From positions 256,001 to 320,000 of the forward strand of contig CAVVLJ010000017.1 of assembly GCA_963749075.1 (NCBI GenBank): 64,000 bases of DNA, given 5' to 3'. Numbering within the stretch: the first letter of the stretch is position 1; each line of letters opens with the position of its first letter. The notes under the pieces are model-generated. The model did not search any database. It had not been told where the DNA came from and saw only the letters and a program-made list of their open reading frames with translations. This DNA is from an uncultured Pseudomonadota bacterium (GTDB taxonomy: Bacteria > Pseudomonadota > Alphaproteobacteria > JACZXZ01). Position numbers and translations under genes: made by a program. This document shows, one piece after another, positions 19,755 through 30,154 of this stretch.

Positions 19755-20618
19755 ATGGCAAAGGCGACTCGCGACGATCCCAACGCCGACCAGATCGCCT
19801 ATTGGAACAGCGACGTGGCCTTGCGCTGGTCGGCCCAGCAGGAGCGCCTCGACGCCGTCTTCGCACCGCTCACCGAGGCGGCACTCGATCACGCGGCCCC
19901 CGGCGCCGGCCAGGCCGTCCTCGATGTGGGCTGCGGCTGCGGCGCCAGCGTGCTCGCGCTCGCGCGCCGCGTCGGCCCCAAGGGCAAGGTGACGGGCGTC
20001 GATGTCTCGAAGCCGATGCTGGAGCTTGCCGCCAAGCGCGTAGGCGCGGAGCAGCACGGGAATGTCGAGCTCGTTCTCGCGGATGCCGCCGCCTATCCGT
20101 TTGCACCTGGAGCCTTCGATCTCGCCTTCTCGCGCTTCGGCGTCATGTTCTTCGCCGATCCGGCGGCGGCCTTCGCGAACATCCGGGGAGGGCTTGCCCG
20201 CGGCGGCCGTCTCGTTTTCGTGACCTGGCGGCCGATGAAGGAGAACCCCTGGTTCGTCGTGCCCCTCGCCGCAGCGCAAGCCCACCTGCCGCCCCAGCCG
20301 CCGCCCGAGCCGAACGCGCCCGGCCCCTTCGCCTTCGCCGACCCCGACCGCGTGCGCGGCATCCTCGCCGCGGCCGGCTTCTCCGCGGTCGAGATCGTCC
20401 CGCACGACACCATGATGCGCATCGCCGGACCGCACGAGCTCGCGGAGGCCACCCAATTCGCCACCCAGGTCGGGCCCGCGGCACGGGCGCTCGCGGACGC
20501 CGAGCCCGCGGCACGCGCCGCGGCGATAGAAGCGATCCGCGACGAGCTCGCCAGGCGCGAGGGGCCGGAGGGGATCAGTTTTGCCGGTGCGGTCTGGCTC
20601 GTCTCGGCGCGGGCGTGA
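19755..20618 (+). CDS. Class I SAM-dependent methyltransferase
   Basis: VLDVGCGCG, SRFGVMFFADP. Confidence 0.92.
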   Translation: MAKATRDDPNADQIAYWNSDVALRWSAQQERLDAVFAPLTEAALDHAAPGAGQAVLDVGCGCGASVLALARRVGPKGKVTGVDVSKPMLELAAKRVGAEQHGNVELVLADAAAYPFAPGAFDLAFSRFGVMFFADPAAAFANIRGGLARGGRLVFVTWRPMKENPWFVVPLAAAQAHLPPQPPPEPNAPGPFAFADPDRVRGILAAAGFSAVEIVPHDTMMRIAGPHELAEATQFATQVGPAARALADAEPAARAAAIEAIRDELARREGPEGISFAGAVWLVSARA

Positions 20619-21252
20619 CGGCGCCGTCGTGCGTCGAGACGAGCCCGCGCGGAAGACGCTCCTCGACGAGGTGGTGCCGGCCGGCAAGCCCTGGTCGGGC
20701 GTCGTCCTCAAGCGGCAGCACTTGCGCATCACCGACCTCGAGGGCGCCCAGGCGGTGGATTTCCTCTGCTACAACGCGCGCGATGTGGAGGAGCGCTACC
20801 ACGCGCCCAACACCATCAAGGCAGCACGCACCATCGCGCTCACGAAGGGCCACGCCCTCTATTCCGACGTGGCGCGCCCCATCTTCAGAATCGTCGAGGA
20901 CAGCTTCGGCGGCCACGACACCATCGGCGGCGGCTGCAGTGCTGCGAGCAACGAGCTGCTCTATGGCGTCAAGGGATGCCCCGGCTGCCGCGAGAATTTC
21001 CTCGCCGCCCTGGCACCTCGCGGCATGGGGCGGCGCGACATCGTGCCCAACGTCAACTTCTTCATGCGCGTGCCGGTCGGCCAGGCGGGCGAGGCAGCGA
21101 TAGCACTCGGTGCCTCCGAGCCCAGCAGCTTCGTCGAGCTCCGGGCCGAGATGGATGCCCTGGCGGTGATCTCCAACTGCCCGCAGATCAACAACCCCTG
21201 CAACGGCTTCAAGCCCACGCCGATCCGGGTGACGGTGTCGGAGGTGGCGTGA
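20581..21252 (+). CDS. DUF1989 / urea carboxylase-associated family protein
   Basis: LRITDLEGAQAVD, HDTIGGGC, C.ENF, NFFM, SNCPQINNPCNGF; true start probably a little downstream. Confidence 0.88.
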   Translation: MPVRSGSSRRGRDGAVVRRDEPARKTLLDEVVPAGKPWSGVVLKRQHLRITDLEGAQAVDFLCYNARDVEERYHAPNTIKAARTIALTKGHALYSDVARPIFRIVEDSFGGHDTIGGGCSAASNELLYGVKGCPGCRENFLAALAPRGMGRRDIVPNVNFFMRVPVGQAGEAAIALGASEPSSFVELRAEMDALAVISNCPQINNPCNGFKPTPIRVTVSEVA

Positions 21253-21278
21253 GGGGACGTGTGCCGCGCCGCGGGCGT

Positions 21279-21405
21279 CACCCCCTCCCCTCGATCCGCT
21301 TCGCGGCTCGAGCCCCCTCAAGGGGGGAGGGGAATGAAAAAAGATGAGCAGGCTCATTAAACGAGCCCCCTCCCCCCTTGAGGGGGAGGGTTGGGGTGGG
21401 GGGGT
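21279..21405. repeat. REP-doublet (CCCCCTCAAGGGGG/CCCCCTTGAGGGGG) element between convergent genes; variant copy
   Basis: CACCCCTCCCC...CCCCCTCAAGGGGGGAGGGG-spacer-CCCCCTCCCCCCTTGAGGGGGAGGGTTGGGGTGGGGGG; same core as 32432, 48063 and 51790. Confidence 0.8.
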
Positions 21406-21415
21406 ACGGGACCGC

Positions 21416-22168
21416 CTACCGGCCGCGCTCCGCCCGGAAAGTGACCACCAGCACGTCGCGGTAGGCGGGCTCGGCGGGATCGATCGGCTCGACGGGGGTG
21501 ACGCCGTGATAGACGCGGCGGTCGTCCACCAGTGCTGCGTCGAAGGGGCCGGCGAGCGTGAAGCTGCCGAGGGTTCTGCGGTCGAGCCCGTGGATCGAGG
21601 TGGTGCCGCGCTTGATGTTGCGGCGGCGGACGAGGAGGACCAGCACGTAATCGACGCCGTCGCGGTGCATGCCCTCGGGCGTCGGGCGGCCTTCCTCGCC
21701 GGCGCGCGCCTCGATGCGGAACTGATGCGTCTCGACGTGCCAGCCGCTTGCGGCCGGCGCCAGGCCGTCGAAAAGCGCGCGGCAGAAGGCGAGCACGGTC
21801 GCCATGCTGGCGCCGCCGGCGATCTCGTCCTTGATGGGTGCGAACCAGCGCGCGACGCCGCCGTTGAGCGGATTGTAGTCGAGGCTCTGATAGTGCGGCT
21901 GGCGCGGCTCGCGGCGGATATTGCCGTCCGCCTCCGCCGCATAGACCGCGTAGCGGCGGCGGCGGTAGCGCCCGCCGTCCGCCATGTAGGTGTCGAGCTC
22001 GAGCTCGTCCCAGCTCGCGGCAAAATCCTGCCAGTCGTCGAGCGGGCCGTGCGCCGCGAGTGCCGCGCGCATCGCCGGCCCTTCGACGAAGGCGAAGCCC
22101 TCACGCCGGATGCGCTCGCCGAGCTGCTCCTCCGGCAGCAGTGCCAAGTCGTTCATGGCGGCGCTCAC
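21416..22168 (-). CDS. 2OG-Fe(II) dioxygenase family protein (2OG-Fe_Oxy_2 type)
   Basis: YMADGGRYRRRRY, HQFRI, PTPEGMHRDG, YHGVTP, RDVLVVTF; start GTG 22168 or ATG 22156. Confidence 0.85.
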   Translation of the reverse strand: MSAAMNDLALLPEEQLGERIRREGFAFVEGPAMRAALAAHGPLDDWQDFAASWDELELDTYMADGGRYRRRRYAVYAAEADGNIRREPRQPHYQSLDYNPLNGGVARWFAPIKDEIAGGASMATVLAFCRALFDGLAPAASGWHVETHQFRIEARAGEEGRPTPEGMHRDGVDYVLVLLVRRRNIKRGTTSIHGLDRRTLGSFTLAGPFDAALVDDRRVYHGVTPVEPIDPAEPAYRDVLVVTFRAERGR

Positions 22169-24183
22169 CAGGCCGCCACGTCGAGCCAGGTGCTCTGGTA
22201 GGTGGCACCCTCGCCCATGTCGGTATAGCGGTCCGAGCACAGCATGTTGATCGTGCCTTCGACCGTCTCCTCGTCGGGACGCTGGCCGGGCACCAGCACC
22301 ACGCCCGGCAGCACCTCGTCGCTCACGCGGAGTGCCAGGCCGACCGTGCCGCGCGCGTTGAAGAGCCGCACCTTTTGCCCGTCCGCGAGCTGGCGCGCGC
22401 GCGCGTCCTCCGGGTGGAGGATGCAGAGCGGCGTCCCCTCGCGCCGGCGGAGGAACGGCACGCCCGAGAAGGCCGTGTGGCTCTGGAAATATCCCGGTGC
22501 CGTCAGCAGGCGCAGCGGCCAGCGCGCGGCCTCCAGCTCCTCCTCGGGATCGGGCCGCCAGTCGGGCATGGGGTCGCGGCCCTCGGCCGCGAGAGTTTCC
22601 GAATAGAATTCGAGCTTGCCCGACGGGGTCTTGAAGCGCTGCCCGCCCTCGGGTGCGATGCGCACGGGTCCCGCCTCGCGCAAGTGCGCCGGGTCGGCCT
22701 TGGCCGCCGTACCGGCGGCGCCGCGGAACATCGCGCGCATGACCTCTTCCTCGCTCATGCGGAAGACCGCGTCCTCGAGGCCCAGGCGCGCGGCGAGCGC
22801 TTGGGCCAAGCGGAAGTTCGACCAGGCCTCGCCCTGCGGCTCAATCGCGCGCGGCGCGTACTGCATGTAATAGGTGCCGTAGGCGCGGTAGAAGTCCTCG
22901 GTCTCGAGGTAGGTCGCGGCCGGCAGCACGATGTCGGCATAGCGCGCGGTGACCGAGAGGAAGGGATCGTGCACCACCGTGAAGAGATCCTCGCGCGAGA
23001 GGCCCCGGCGCACCTTGCCCGCTTCGGGACAGGTCACCGCCGGATTGTTGGCGGCAACGAAGAGCGCCTTGATCGGCGGGTCCGCGAGCGAGAGCAGCGC
23101 CTCGCCCAGGCGGAGATGGTTGACGAGGCGCGTCGCCGCAGGCCCCGAGGGCTTGCGCACCGCATTGTAGTCGAGCTCGCAGGTGGCCGCGGTCAGGAGA
23201 AGGGCGCCGCCGCCCGGGCGGCCGTAGGCGCCGGTCAAGCCGGGGAGGAGGGCGACCGCGCGCAGCGCCTCCCCGCCCCGCGCCAGGCGCGTCATGCCCT
23301 CGCCCAAGCGGATGAAGGAGGCCTTAGCGCGGCCGTAGAGTGCGGCGAGGCGCTCGATGTCCGCCACGGAAACGCCGGTGATCTCGGCCGCGTGCGCGGG
23401 TGCGAAGCGCGGCAGCACCTCGCGTTCGAGCCGCTCGAAGCCGTGCGTATGGCTTGCTATGTAGTCGCGGTCGACGAGCCCGTCGCGCGCGAGGATGTGC
23501 ATGAGGCCAAGCGCCAGCGCCGCGTCGGTGCCGACGCGCACGGGGATGTGCCAGTCGGCGCGCGCCGCCGTGCGGCTGCGCCGCGGATCGATGACCACGA
23601 GCTCGACGCCGCGCTTGCGCGCCTCCTCCACCTTGGCCCAGAAATGCACGTTGGTGGTGACGAGATCGGCGCCCCAGGCAACGATCAGATCGGAGTGCAC
23701 GACCGACTCCGGATCGGCGCCGCCGACCGGGCCCACGGTCATGTCCCAGGCCGTCTCGCAGCAGGTGTCGCACACCGTGCCGGCCTGAAGCCGGCTAGCA
23801 CCGAGCGCGTGGAAGAGGCCGTTGACCAAGCCGCGGTTCATCTGGCCCTGATGCGCGCTATAGGCATAGCCGAGGAGTGCCGTAGGGCCGCATTCGGCGA
23901 TGACCGCCTGCCAGCGCGCCACGATCTCGTCGAGCGCGGCGTCCCAGGAGACGGGGGCGAACTGGCCCTCGCCCTTGGGCCCCGTGCGGCGGAGCGGCGT
24001 CTTGATGCGGCTCGCCGAATGGACGAGCTCGGCGTCGCGGTTCACCTTGGCGCAGGCAAAGCCGGCGGTGAAGGGCTGCCCGGGATCGCCCTCGACGCGC
24101 AGCACGCGCCCGTCCTCGACATGCGCGAGGAGCGAGCACATGTCGGGGCAATCATGCGCGCAAACTACCCGGATCGTCTCCAC
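22165..24183 (-). CDS. Cytoplasmic molybdopterin (bis-MGD) oxidoreductase
   Basis: N-terminal CAHDCPDMC [4Fe-4S] motif, VIDPRRSRTA, ADIVLPAAT, C-terminal molydop_binding domain; no Tat signal. Confidence 0.9.
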   Translation of the reverse strand: METIRVVCAHDCPDMCSLLAHVEDGRVLRVEGDPGQPFTAGFACAKVNRDAELVHSASRIKTPLRRTGPKGEGQFAPVSWDAALDEIVARWQAVIAECGPTALLGYAYSAHQGQMNRGLVNGLFHALGASRLQAGTVCDTCCETAWDMTVGPVGGADPESVVHSDLIVAWGADLVTTNVHFWAKVEEARKRGVELVVIDPRRSRTAARADWHIPVRVGTDAALALGLMHILARDGLVDRDYIASHTHGFERLEREVLPRFAPAHAAEITGVSVADIERLAALYGRAKASFIRLGEGMTRLARGGEALRAVALLPGLTGAYGRPGGGALLLTAATCELDYNAVRKPSGPAATRLVNHLRLGEALLSLADPPIKALFVAANNPAVTCPEAGKVRRGLSREDLFTVVHDPFLSVTARYADIVLPAATYLETEDFYRAYGTYYMQYAPRAIEPQGEAWSNFRLAQALAARLGLEDAVFRMSEEEVMRAMFRGAAGTAAKADPAHLREAGPVRIAPEGGQRFKTPSGKLEFYSETLAAEGRDPMPDWRPDPEEELEAARWPLRLLTAPGYFQSHTAFSGVPFLRRREGTPLCILHPEDARARQLADGQKVRLFNARGTVGLALRVSDEVLPGVVLVPGQRPDEETVEGTINMLCSDRYTDMGEGATYQSTWLDVAAW

Positions 24184-24349
24184 AAGCGCTCTCCATCGTG
24201 ACCGCACCATTCGTCCGCGCGCCCTCGATCAAGCCTTGGGCCAAGCGGAATCCGCGGCGACAATGGCACCGAAAGAGGTCTCGCGAAAGAGCCAGTTTTA
24301 AAAGAACGGCCAGACCACTTGCCGCGGCCGTCCGGCCGGGCGCGCGGCC

Positions 24350-25126
24350 TCACTTGCACTGCCAGTCCTCGACGCCGACCGCCGCCCGCCGCGCCCCGGC
24401 CCCGACCATCTCCTCCTTGGCGAAATCCTGAACGTAGCGCGGCTTGTTCTCGTAGAAGCAGCCGTTCGTCCACTTGCCCACAAAGCCGTGGCCCTTGGCG
24501 TCGCGGTAGGAGCCGTCGCCGTTCGGCAGGTCGTCCTTGAAGTCGCCCTTGTAGCGCCCGCCGTCCGCCATCGTGAGGGTTCCTTCGCCCTCGGCGTGGT
24601 TCTTGTGGAAATCGCCCTCGTAGCGGTCGCCGTCGGCGTGCACGAGGACGCCCTTGCCCTCCATCTTGCCGTCCTTCCAGCCGCCCTCGTAGCGGTCGCC
24701 GTTCTTGAACGCCTCGACGCCGTGGCCGTCGCGCTCGCCGCTCTTCCAATCGCCGTCGTAACGGTCGCCGGTCGACCACACGAAGACGCCGTGGCCGTCG
24801 TGCTTGTCGTCCATCCAGTCGCCCTCGTAGCGGCTGCCGCTCGAGTAGGCGAAGACGCCGTGGCCGCTCATGCGGCCCATCTTGTAGCCGCCCTCGTAGC
24901 GGTCGCTCGGCTTGCCGTTCCTGTACCACTGCATGACGCCGTCGCCCTCGGCGTAGCCGTTCACGCAAGTGCCGCTCCAGGCGACGGATTCGCCGGGCTC
25001 CGGGTAGGCATCCCGCGCGCGGCATCCCTTGGCGTCGGCGATCCAGCCCGGCTCGTGGCTCTGCTGCGCCGCGGCACTGCCGAGCATCAGCATCAGCGCG
25101 GCCAGGCTCACCGCAATTCGCAACAT
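24350..25126 (-). CDS. Exported MORN-repeat protein
   Basis: Signal peptide; WSGxC..G.A.G.G cap; repeated GDRYEGxWxDxxxxGxG units. Confidence 0.9.
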   Translation of the reverse strand: MLRIAVSLAALMLMLGSAAAQQSHEPGWIADAKGCRARDAYPEPGESVAWSGTCVNGYAEGDGVMQWYRNGKPSDRYEGGYKMGRMSGHGVFAYSSGSRYEGDWMDDKHDGHGVFVWSTGDRYDGDWKSGERDGHGVEAFKNGDRYEGGWKDGKMEGKGVLVHADGDRYEGDFHKNHAEGEGTLTMADGGRYKGDFKDDLPNGDGSYRDAKGHGFVGKWTNGCFYENKPRYVQDFAKEEMVGAGARRAAVGVEDWQCK

Positions 25127-25414
25127 GCAACACCTTTCTCGGAGCGGCCATGGGCCGCCGCGTGTCTCCTACGCCCACAATGTACCATGTATGCGATAAG
25201 CGCGAGCGATCCTGCGGCCCGCTCGGGAGGTGCGGGCGCGCGGCCGCGGGCCAAGTCATAATCAGGGTCGATTACCTCATTGCAAGAAAGATGTGGACCC
25301 CGAGGAGCCGCCTAACTACCGTGCGGCCGGTTCTCAATCGGCATCCAGGGTCCGGCCCTAAGCCGTTGTTTCGACAATAAGACCGATCGAGCCGCCGGAC
25401 CGCTGCACGAGCTT

Positions 25415-28315
25415 GTGGAAGGCATGGACGCGACACGGGCGGGCACATCGGCGGGCGATTCGCTGCGGCACCGGCGCGCCGCCGCCAAGGAGATCAAGCA
25501 CACCACGTGCTACATGTGCGCCTGCCGCTGCGGCATCGCGGTGCATCTCGAGGACGGCAAGCTGCGCTACATCGAGGGCAACCGCCGCCATCCGGTCAAC
25601 CGCGGCGTGCTCTGCGCCAAGGGCTCGGCCGGCATCATGCAGCATCACTCGCCGGCCCGGCTGCAAAAGCCGCTGAAGCGCACGGGCCCGCGCGGCAGCG
25701 GCGAATTCGTCGAGATCGAATGGGAGGAGGCGCTCTCGACCGCGACCGAGTGGCTCGCCGCCATCCGCCGCAGCGATCCCAGGAAGCTCGCCTTCTTCAC
25801 CGGCCGCGACCAGTCCCAGGCGCTGACCGGTTGGTGGGCGAGCCAGTTCGGCACGCCCAACTACGCCGCCCACGGCGGCTTCTGCTCGGTCAACATGGCG
25901 GCCGCCGGGCTCACCACGGTCGGCGGCTCCTTCTGGGAGTTCGGCGAGCCCGATTGGGAGCTTGCCAAGTATCTCATGCTCTTCGGCGTGGCCGAGGACC
26001 ACGACTCCAACCCGATCAAGATCGGCTTGACCAAGCTCAAGGAGCGCGGCGCCAAGTTCGTCTCGGTCAATCCCGTGCGCACCGGCTATTCCGCCGTCGC
26101 CGACGAGTGGATCGGCATCCGCCCCGGCACGGACGGCCTCTTCGTGCTCTCGCTCGTGCACGAGCTCTTGCGCGCCGACCGTATCGACCTCGACTATCTG
26201 GTGCGCTACACCAACGCGCCGTGGCTCACCATCGTCCATCCGGGCGGCGCCGACGACGGCCTCTTCGCGCGCGACGGCGGGGGCCGCGCGCTCGCCTGGG
26301 ACGGCAAGCGCAAGGGGGCCACGGCGGCGGAGGCGGCCGACATCTTCCCCACGCTCGTGGGCGAGGTCACGCTCGCCGACGGGCGCAAGGCGGTGCCCGT
26401 CTTCCAGCGCCTGGCCGAGCGCTACCTCGACGCGCAATATTCGCCCGACGCGGTCGCGGCGCGCTGCGGCATTGCCGCGGGCACCATCCGCCGCATCGCC
26501 GCCGAGCTCGCCCGCGTCGCCTTCGACGAGGAGATCGTCATCGAGCAGCCGTGGACCGACTGGGCGGGGCGGCGGCATGCGCGCATGGTCGGCCGCCCGG
26601 TCGCCGTGCACGCCATGCGCGGCATCTCCGCGCACTCCAACGGCTTCCACAGCTGCCGCGCGCTGCACATCCTGCAGATGCTGCTGGGCGCCGTCGACAC
26701 GCCGGGCTCCTGGCGCTACGAGGCGCCCTTTCCGCGGCCGATGCCGATGGGGCCCAAGCCCGCGGGCAAGCCCGGCGAGGTGCGCGCGGGCGCACCGCTC
26801 CCCGGCCCGCCGCTCGGCCTGCCGGGCGGGCCCGAGGATCTCCTCGTCGAGGCCGACGGCACGCCCGTGCGCATCGACAAGGCCTTCTCGTGGGAGGCGC
26901 CGCTCGCCGCGCACGGCATGATGCACATGGTGATCCGCAACGCCTGGGCGCGCGATCCCTATCCCATCGACACGCTGTTTTTCTACATGGCGAACATGGC
27001 GTGGAACTCGGCCATGAGCACGGCCGAGACCATGGCGATGCTCAGCGAGAAGGACGCGGCGACGGGCGAATACCGCATCCCGCGCATCATCTACAGCGAC
27101 GCCTTCTCCTCCGAGATGGTCGCCTATGCGGACCTCGTGCTGCCCGACACCACCTATCTCGAGCGCTGGGACTGCATCTCGCTGCTCGACCGCCCGATCA
27201 GCAATGCCGACGGCCCGGCGGACGCCATCCGCCAGCCGGTCCTCGTCCCCGACCGCGACGTGCGGCCCTTCCAGGACGTGCTCATCGACCTTGGCGCGCG
27301 GCTCGCCCTTCCCGGCTTCGTCGACGCTGCGGGCAAGCCCGCCTACAAGGACTACCCGGACTACATCCAGCGCCACGAGCGCAAGCCCGGCATCGGCCTC
27401 CTTGCCGGCTGGCGCGGCGAGACGGGCGAGGCGAGCGGCCGCGGTGCCGCCAATCCGCATCAGCTCGAGCGTTACGTCGAGAACCAATGCTTCTGGCAGC
27501 ACCCGCTGCCCCGCGAGGCGCGCTATTTCAAGCACGCCAACAAGGCCTATCTCGAGAGCGCCGTGCGCTTCGGCTTCATCGACAAGGCCGAGCCCATCAC
27601 CCTCCAGCTCTATAGCGAGCCGCTGCAGAAGTTCCGCTTGGCCGCCCTGGGCCACGGCGCCCATCAGCCGCCCGAACGCGACCGCGCGCGCATCGCCGCC
27701 TACTTCGACCCGCTGCCCATTTGGTACGCGCCCTTCGAGGACGCGGGCGCCGAGGCGGCGGGGACGTTCCCGCTTCACGCGGTGACGCAGCGGCCGATGC
27801 CGATGTACCACTCCTGGGGCTCGCAGAACGCCTGGCTGCGGCAGATCTACGCGAGCAACGCGCTCTACGTGAACAGCACGACGGCGGCGTCGCTCGGGCT
27901 CGGCGACGGCGACTGGGTATGGCTTGCGAGCCGCACCGGCCGCATCAAGTGCCGCATCAAGACCATGGACGGCGTCAATGCGCTCACGGTGTGGACGTGG
28001 AATGCCATCGGCAGGCGGGCGGGTGCCTCGAACCTGTCGGCCGACGCGCCCGAGTCGCGGCACGGCTTCCTCCTCAACCACCTGATCGCGGATCTGCTGC
28101 CCGCCGAGGGCGGCGCCAGCCGCGCCAACGCCGATCCGGTGACCGGGCAGGCCGCCTGGTACGACCTGCGCGTCCGCCTCGAGAAGGCGGCCCCCGAGGA
28201 GGCGGCCGAGACGTCGCCGCGCTTCGCACCGCTGGTGCGCGCCGTCGGACTGCCCGAGCCGCCGTCGCTCCTGCGCTACGGCGCCGAGTTCAATCCCGGC
28301 TTCCGCCATGACTAG
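25415..28315 (+). CDS. soeA: Sulfite dehydrogenase (quinone) molybdopterin subunit SoeA
   Basis: TTCYMCACRCGI, FFTGRDQSQ, AHGGFCSVNMA, HAMRGISAHSNGF, MYHSWGSQNAWLRQI, DPVTGQAAWYD. Confidence 0.9.
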   Translation: MEGMDATRAGTSAGDSLRHRRAAAKEIKHTTCYMCACRCGIAVHLEDGKLRYIEGNRRHPVNRGVLCAKGSAGIMQHHSPARLQKPLKRTGPRGSGEFVEIEWEEALSTATEWLAAIRRSDPRKLAFFTGRDQSQALTGWWASQFGTPNYAAHGGFCSVNMAAAGLTTVGGSFWEFGEPDWELAKYLMLFGVAEDHDSNPIKIGLTKLKERGAKFVSVNPVRTGYSAVADEWIGIRPGTDGLFVLSLVHELLRADRIDLDYLVRYTNAPWLTIVHPGGADDGLFARDGGGRALAWDGKRKGATAAEAADIFPTLVGEVTLADGRKAVPVFQRLAERYLDAQYSPDAVAARCGIAAGTIRRIAAELARVAFDEEIVIEQPWTDWAGRRHARMVGRPVAVHAMRGISAHSNGFHSCRALHILQMLLGAVDTPGSWRYEAPFPRPMPMGPKPAGKPGEVRAGAPLPGPPLGLPGGPEDLLVEADGTPVRIDKAFSWEAPLAAHGMMHMVIRNAWARDPYPIDTLFFYMANMAWNSAMSTAETMAMLSEKDAATGEYRIPRIIYSDAFSSEMVAYADLVLPDTTYLERWDCISLLDRPISNADGPADAIRQPVLVPDRDVRPFQDVLIDLGARLALPGFVDAAGKPAYKDYPDYIQRHERKPGIGLLAGWRGETGEASGRGAANPHQLERYVENQCFWQHPLPREARYFKHANKAYLESAVRFGFIDKAEPITLQLYSEPLQKFRLAALGHGAHQPPERDRARIAAYFDPLPIWYAPFEDAGAEAAGTFPLHAVTQRPMPMYHSWGSQNAWLRQIYASNALYVNSTTAASLGLGDGDWVWLASRTGRIKCRIKTMDGVNALTVWTWNAIGRRAGASNLSADAPESRHGFLLNHLIADLLPAEGGASRANADPVTGQAAWYDLRVRLEKAAPEEAAETSPRFAPLVRAVGLPEPPSLLRYGAEFNPGFRHD

Positions 28316-29048
28316 CCTGCCGCAGCGCCCGGCCGGCGCCAAGCGCCTCGGCCTCGTCATCGACCTCGACATCTGCGTCGGCTGCCATGCCTGCGCGGTC
28401 AATTGCAAGGAATGGAACTCGGGCGCCATCTCGGCGCCGCTCAGCGACCGCGACCCTTACGGCGCCGACCCCACGGGCGTGTGGTTCAACCGCATCCATG
28501 CCTTCGAGGTCGGCGAGGGCGAGGCCGGCCGCATGGTCTATTTCCCCAAATCGTGCCTGCATTGCGAGGAGCCGGCTTGCGTCGAGGTCTGCCCCACCGG
28601 CTCCTCCTACAAGCGCGCCGAGGACGGCATCGTGCTCGTCAATGCCGAGACCTGCATCGGCTGCAAGCTCTGCTCCTGGGCCTGTCCCTACGGCGCGCGC
28701 GAATTCGACGACGACGAGGGCGTCATGAAGAAATGCACGCTCTGCGTCGACCGCATCTATGACGAGGACCTGCCCGAGGAGGAGCGCGTGCCGGCCTGCG
28801 TCTCCACCTGCCCCGCCCATGCGCGGCATTACGGCGACCTCGGCGACCCGCACTCGGAGGTCTCGCGCCTGGTCTCCGAGCGCGGCGGCTACGACCTCAT
28901 GCCGGAGCTCGGCTACCGCCCGACCAACAAGTACCTGCCGCCGCGCGAGAAGACGTGCGCCGCCCCAGAGCGCGCCGCACCGGCGTCCCCGGCCGCGTCC
29001 GACGGCGGCCTCCTCCTCCGCTGGGTCGACCGCTTGCTTTCGCGCTGA
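28308..29048 (+). CDS. soeB: Sulfite dehydrogenase Fe-S subunit SoeB
   Basis: LGLVIDLDICVGCHAC, SCLHC, CIGCKLCSWACPYGAR, KCTLC. Confidence 0.9.
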   Translation: MTSLPQRPAGAKRLGLVIDLDICVGCHACAVNCKEWNSGAISAPLSDRDPYGADPTGVWFNRIHAFEVGEGEAGRMVYFPKSCLHCEEPACVEVCPTGSSYKRAEDGIVLVNAETCIGCKLCSWACPYGAREFDDDEGVMKKCTLCVDRIYDEDLPEEERVPACVSTCPAHARHYGDLGDPHSEVSRLVSERGGYDLMPELGYRPTNKYLPPREKTCAAPERAAPASPAASDGGLLLRWVDRLLSR

Positions 29049-29095
29049 GCCATGCTCTAAGAACTGGCGACTGCGCCCACGCCCATTGAGCCGCC

Positions 29096-30043
29096 ATGCA
29101 CCCGGACCGCTCCGTCATCCTCTTCACGGTCGCCTGCGGCGCCGGCTACGGCATGCTGCTGCTCTTCGGCATCCTCGCGCCGCTCGGCCTCTTTCCCGTG
29201 CGGCATGGCCTCGGCTTCGCGGCGGTGGCGACGGCGCTCGCGCTGGTGACGCTCGGCCTTCTTACCTCGAGCTTCCACCTCGGCCGCCCCGAGCGGGCAT
29301 GGCGGGCGTTTTCCCAGTGGCGCTCCTCCTGGCTCTCGCGCGAGGGCATCGCGTCGCTCGCCACCTACGTGCCGGCGCTGCCGCTCATGCTGGCCCTCCT
29401 CCGCGACGGACGCGTCGCCGGCTGGACGTTGCTTGCGGCAGTCGCGACGGCCCTCCTCTCCGCCGCGACGATCGGCTCCACGGCGATGATCTACCGTTCC
29501 CTCAAGCCCATCCACCAGTGGCACAACGGCTACGTGCTGCCCGCCTATTTCGCGATGGCACTCGCGACGGGCGGCTGCTGGCTCAATGCGCTGGCCTTCC
29601 TCTGGGGGGTGGGAACGAATGCGGCGGGCGGTGCCGCGGTCATCGCGATCGCCGCGGCGGCGCTCGTCAAGCTCGGCTATTGGCGCTTCATCGACGGCAC
29701 GCGCAGCCCGGCGGACGCGGGCAGCGCCACCGGCCTCGGCAAGCTCGGCCGCGTGCGCCTCTTCGAATCGCCCCACACCGCCGACAACTTCCTCCTCAAG
29801 GAGATGGGCTACCGCGTCGCGCGCAAGCACGCGGCCAAGCTGCGCCGCATAGCGCTCGATGCCGGCTTCTCCGCTCCCCTCGTGCTGACGGCGCTGCCGC
29901 TCGTGGCGCGCGGCTCGCTCGGCACGAGCTTCGCCGTCCTCGCGGCACTGCTGGCGACCGGCGGCGCCGTGGTCGAGCGCTGGCTCTTCCTCGCCGAGGC
30001 CAAGCACACCGTGACGCTCTATTACGGCGCCGAGACGGCGTGA
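29096..30043 (+). CDS. soeC: Sulfite dehydrogenase membrane anchor SoeC (DmsC/NrfD-like)
   Basis: MHP..SVILFT, HLGRPERAWRAFSQWRSSWLSREG, ERWLFLAEAKH. Confidence 0.9.
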   Translation: MHPDRSVILFTVACGAGYGMLLLFGILAPLGLFPVRHGLGFAAVATALALVTLGLLTSSFHLGRPERAWRAFSQWRSSWLSREGIASLATYVPALPLMLALLRDGRVAGWTLLAAVATALLSAATIGSTAMIYRSLKPIHQWHNGYVLPAYFAMALATGGCWLNALAFLWGVGTNAAGGAAVIAIAAAALVKLGYWRFIDGTRSPADAGSATGLGKLGRVRLFESPHTADNFLLKEMGYRVARKHAAKLRRIALDAGFSAPLVLTALPLVARGSLGTSFAVLAALLATGGAVVERWLFLAEAKHTVTLYYGAETA

Positions 30044-30154
30044 GGCGGCCCAAGGAGGCGCCGCCGCATCTGCCGCTTGCATAGGGCGGCCCGTCCCGCC
30101 CATACTTTCTCGCCGAGCGGCTTCCGCGGCGGCCGCACTGCCCACGAGGATGTC

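Noticed and set aside
30044-30154. Cobalamin or NiCo riboswitch before the NiCoT gene
   Set aside because: Region is short and lacks B12-box or other recognisable consensus
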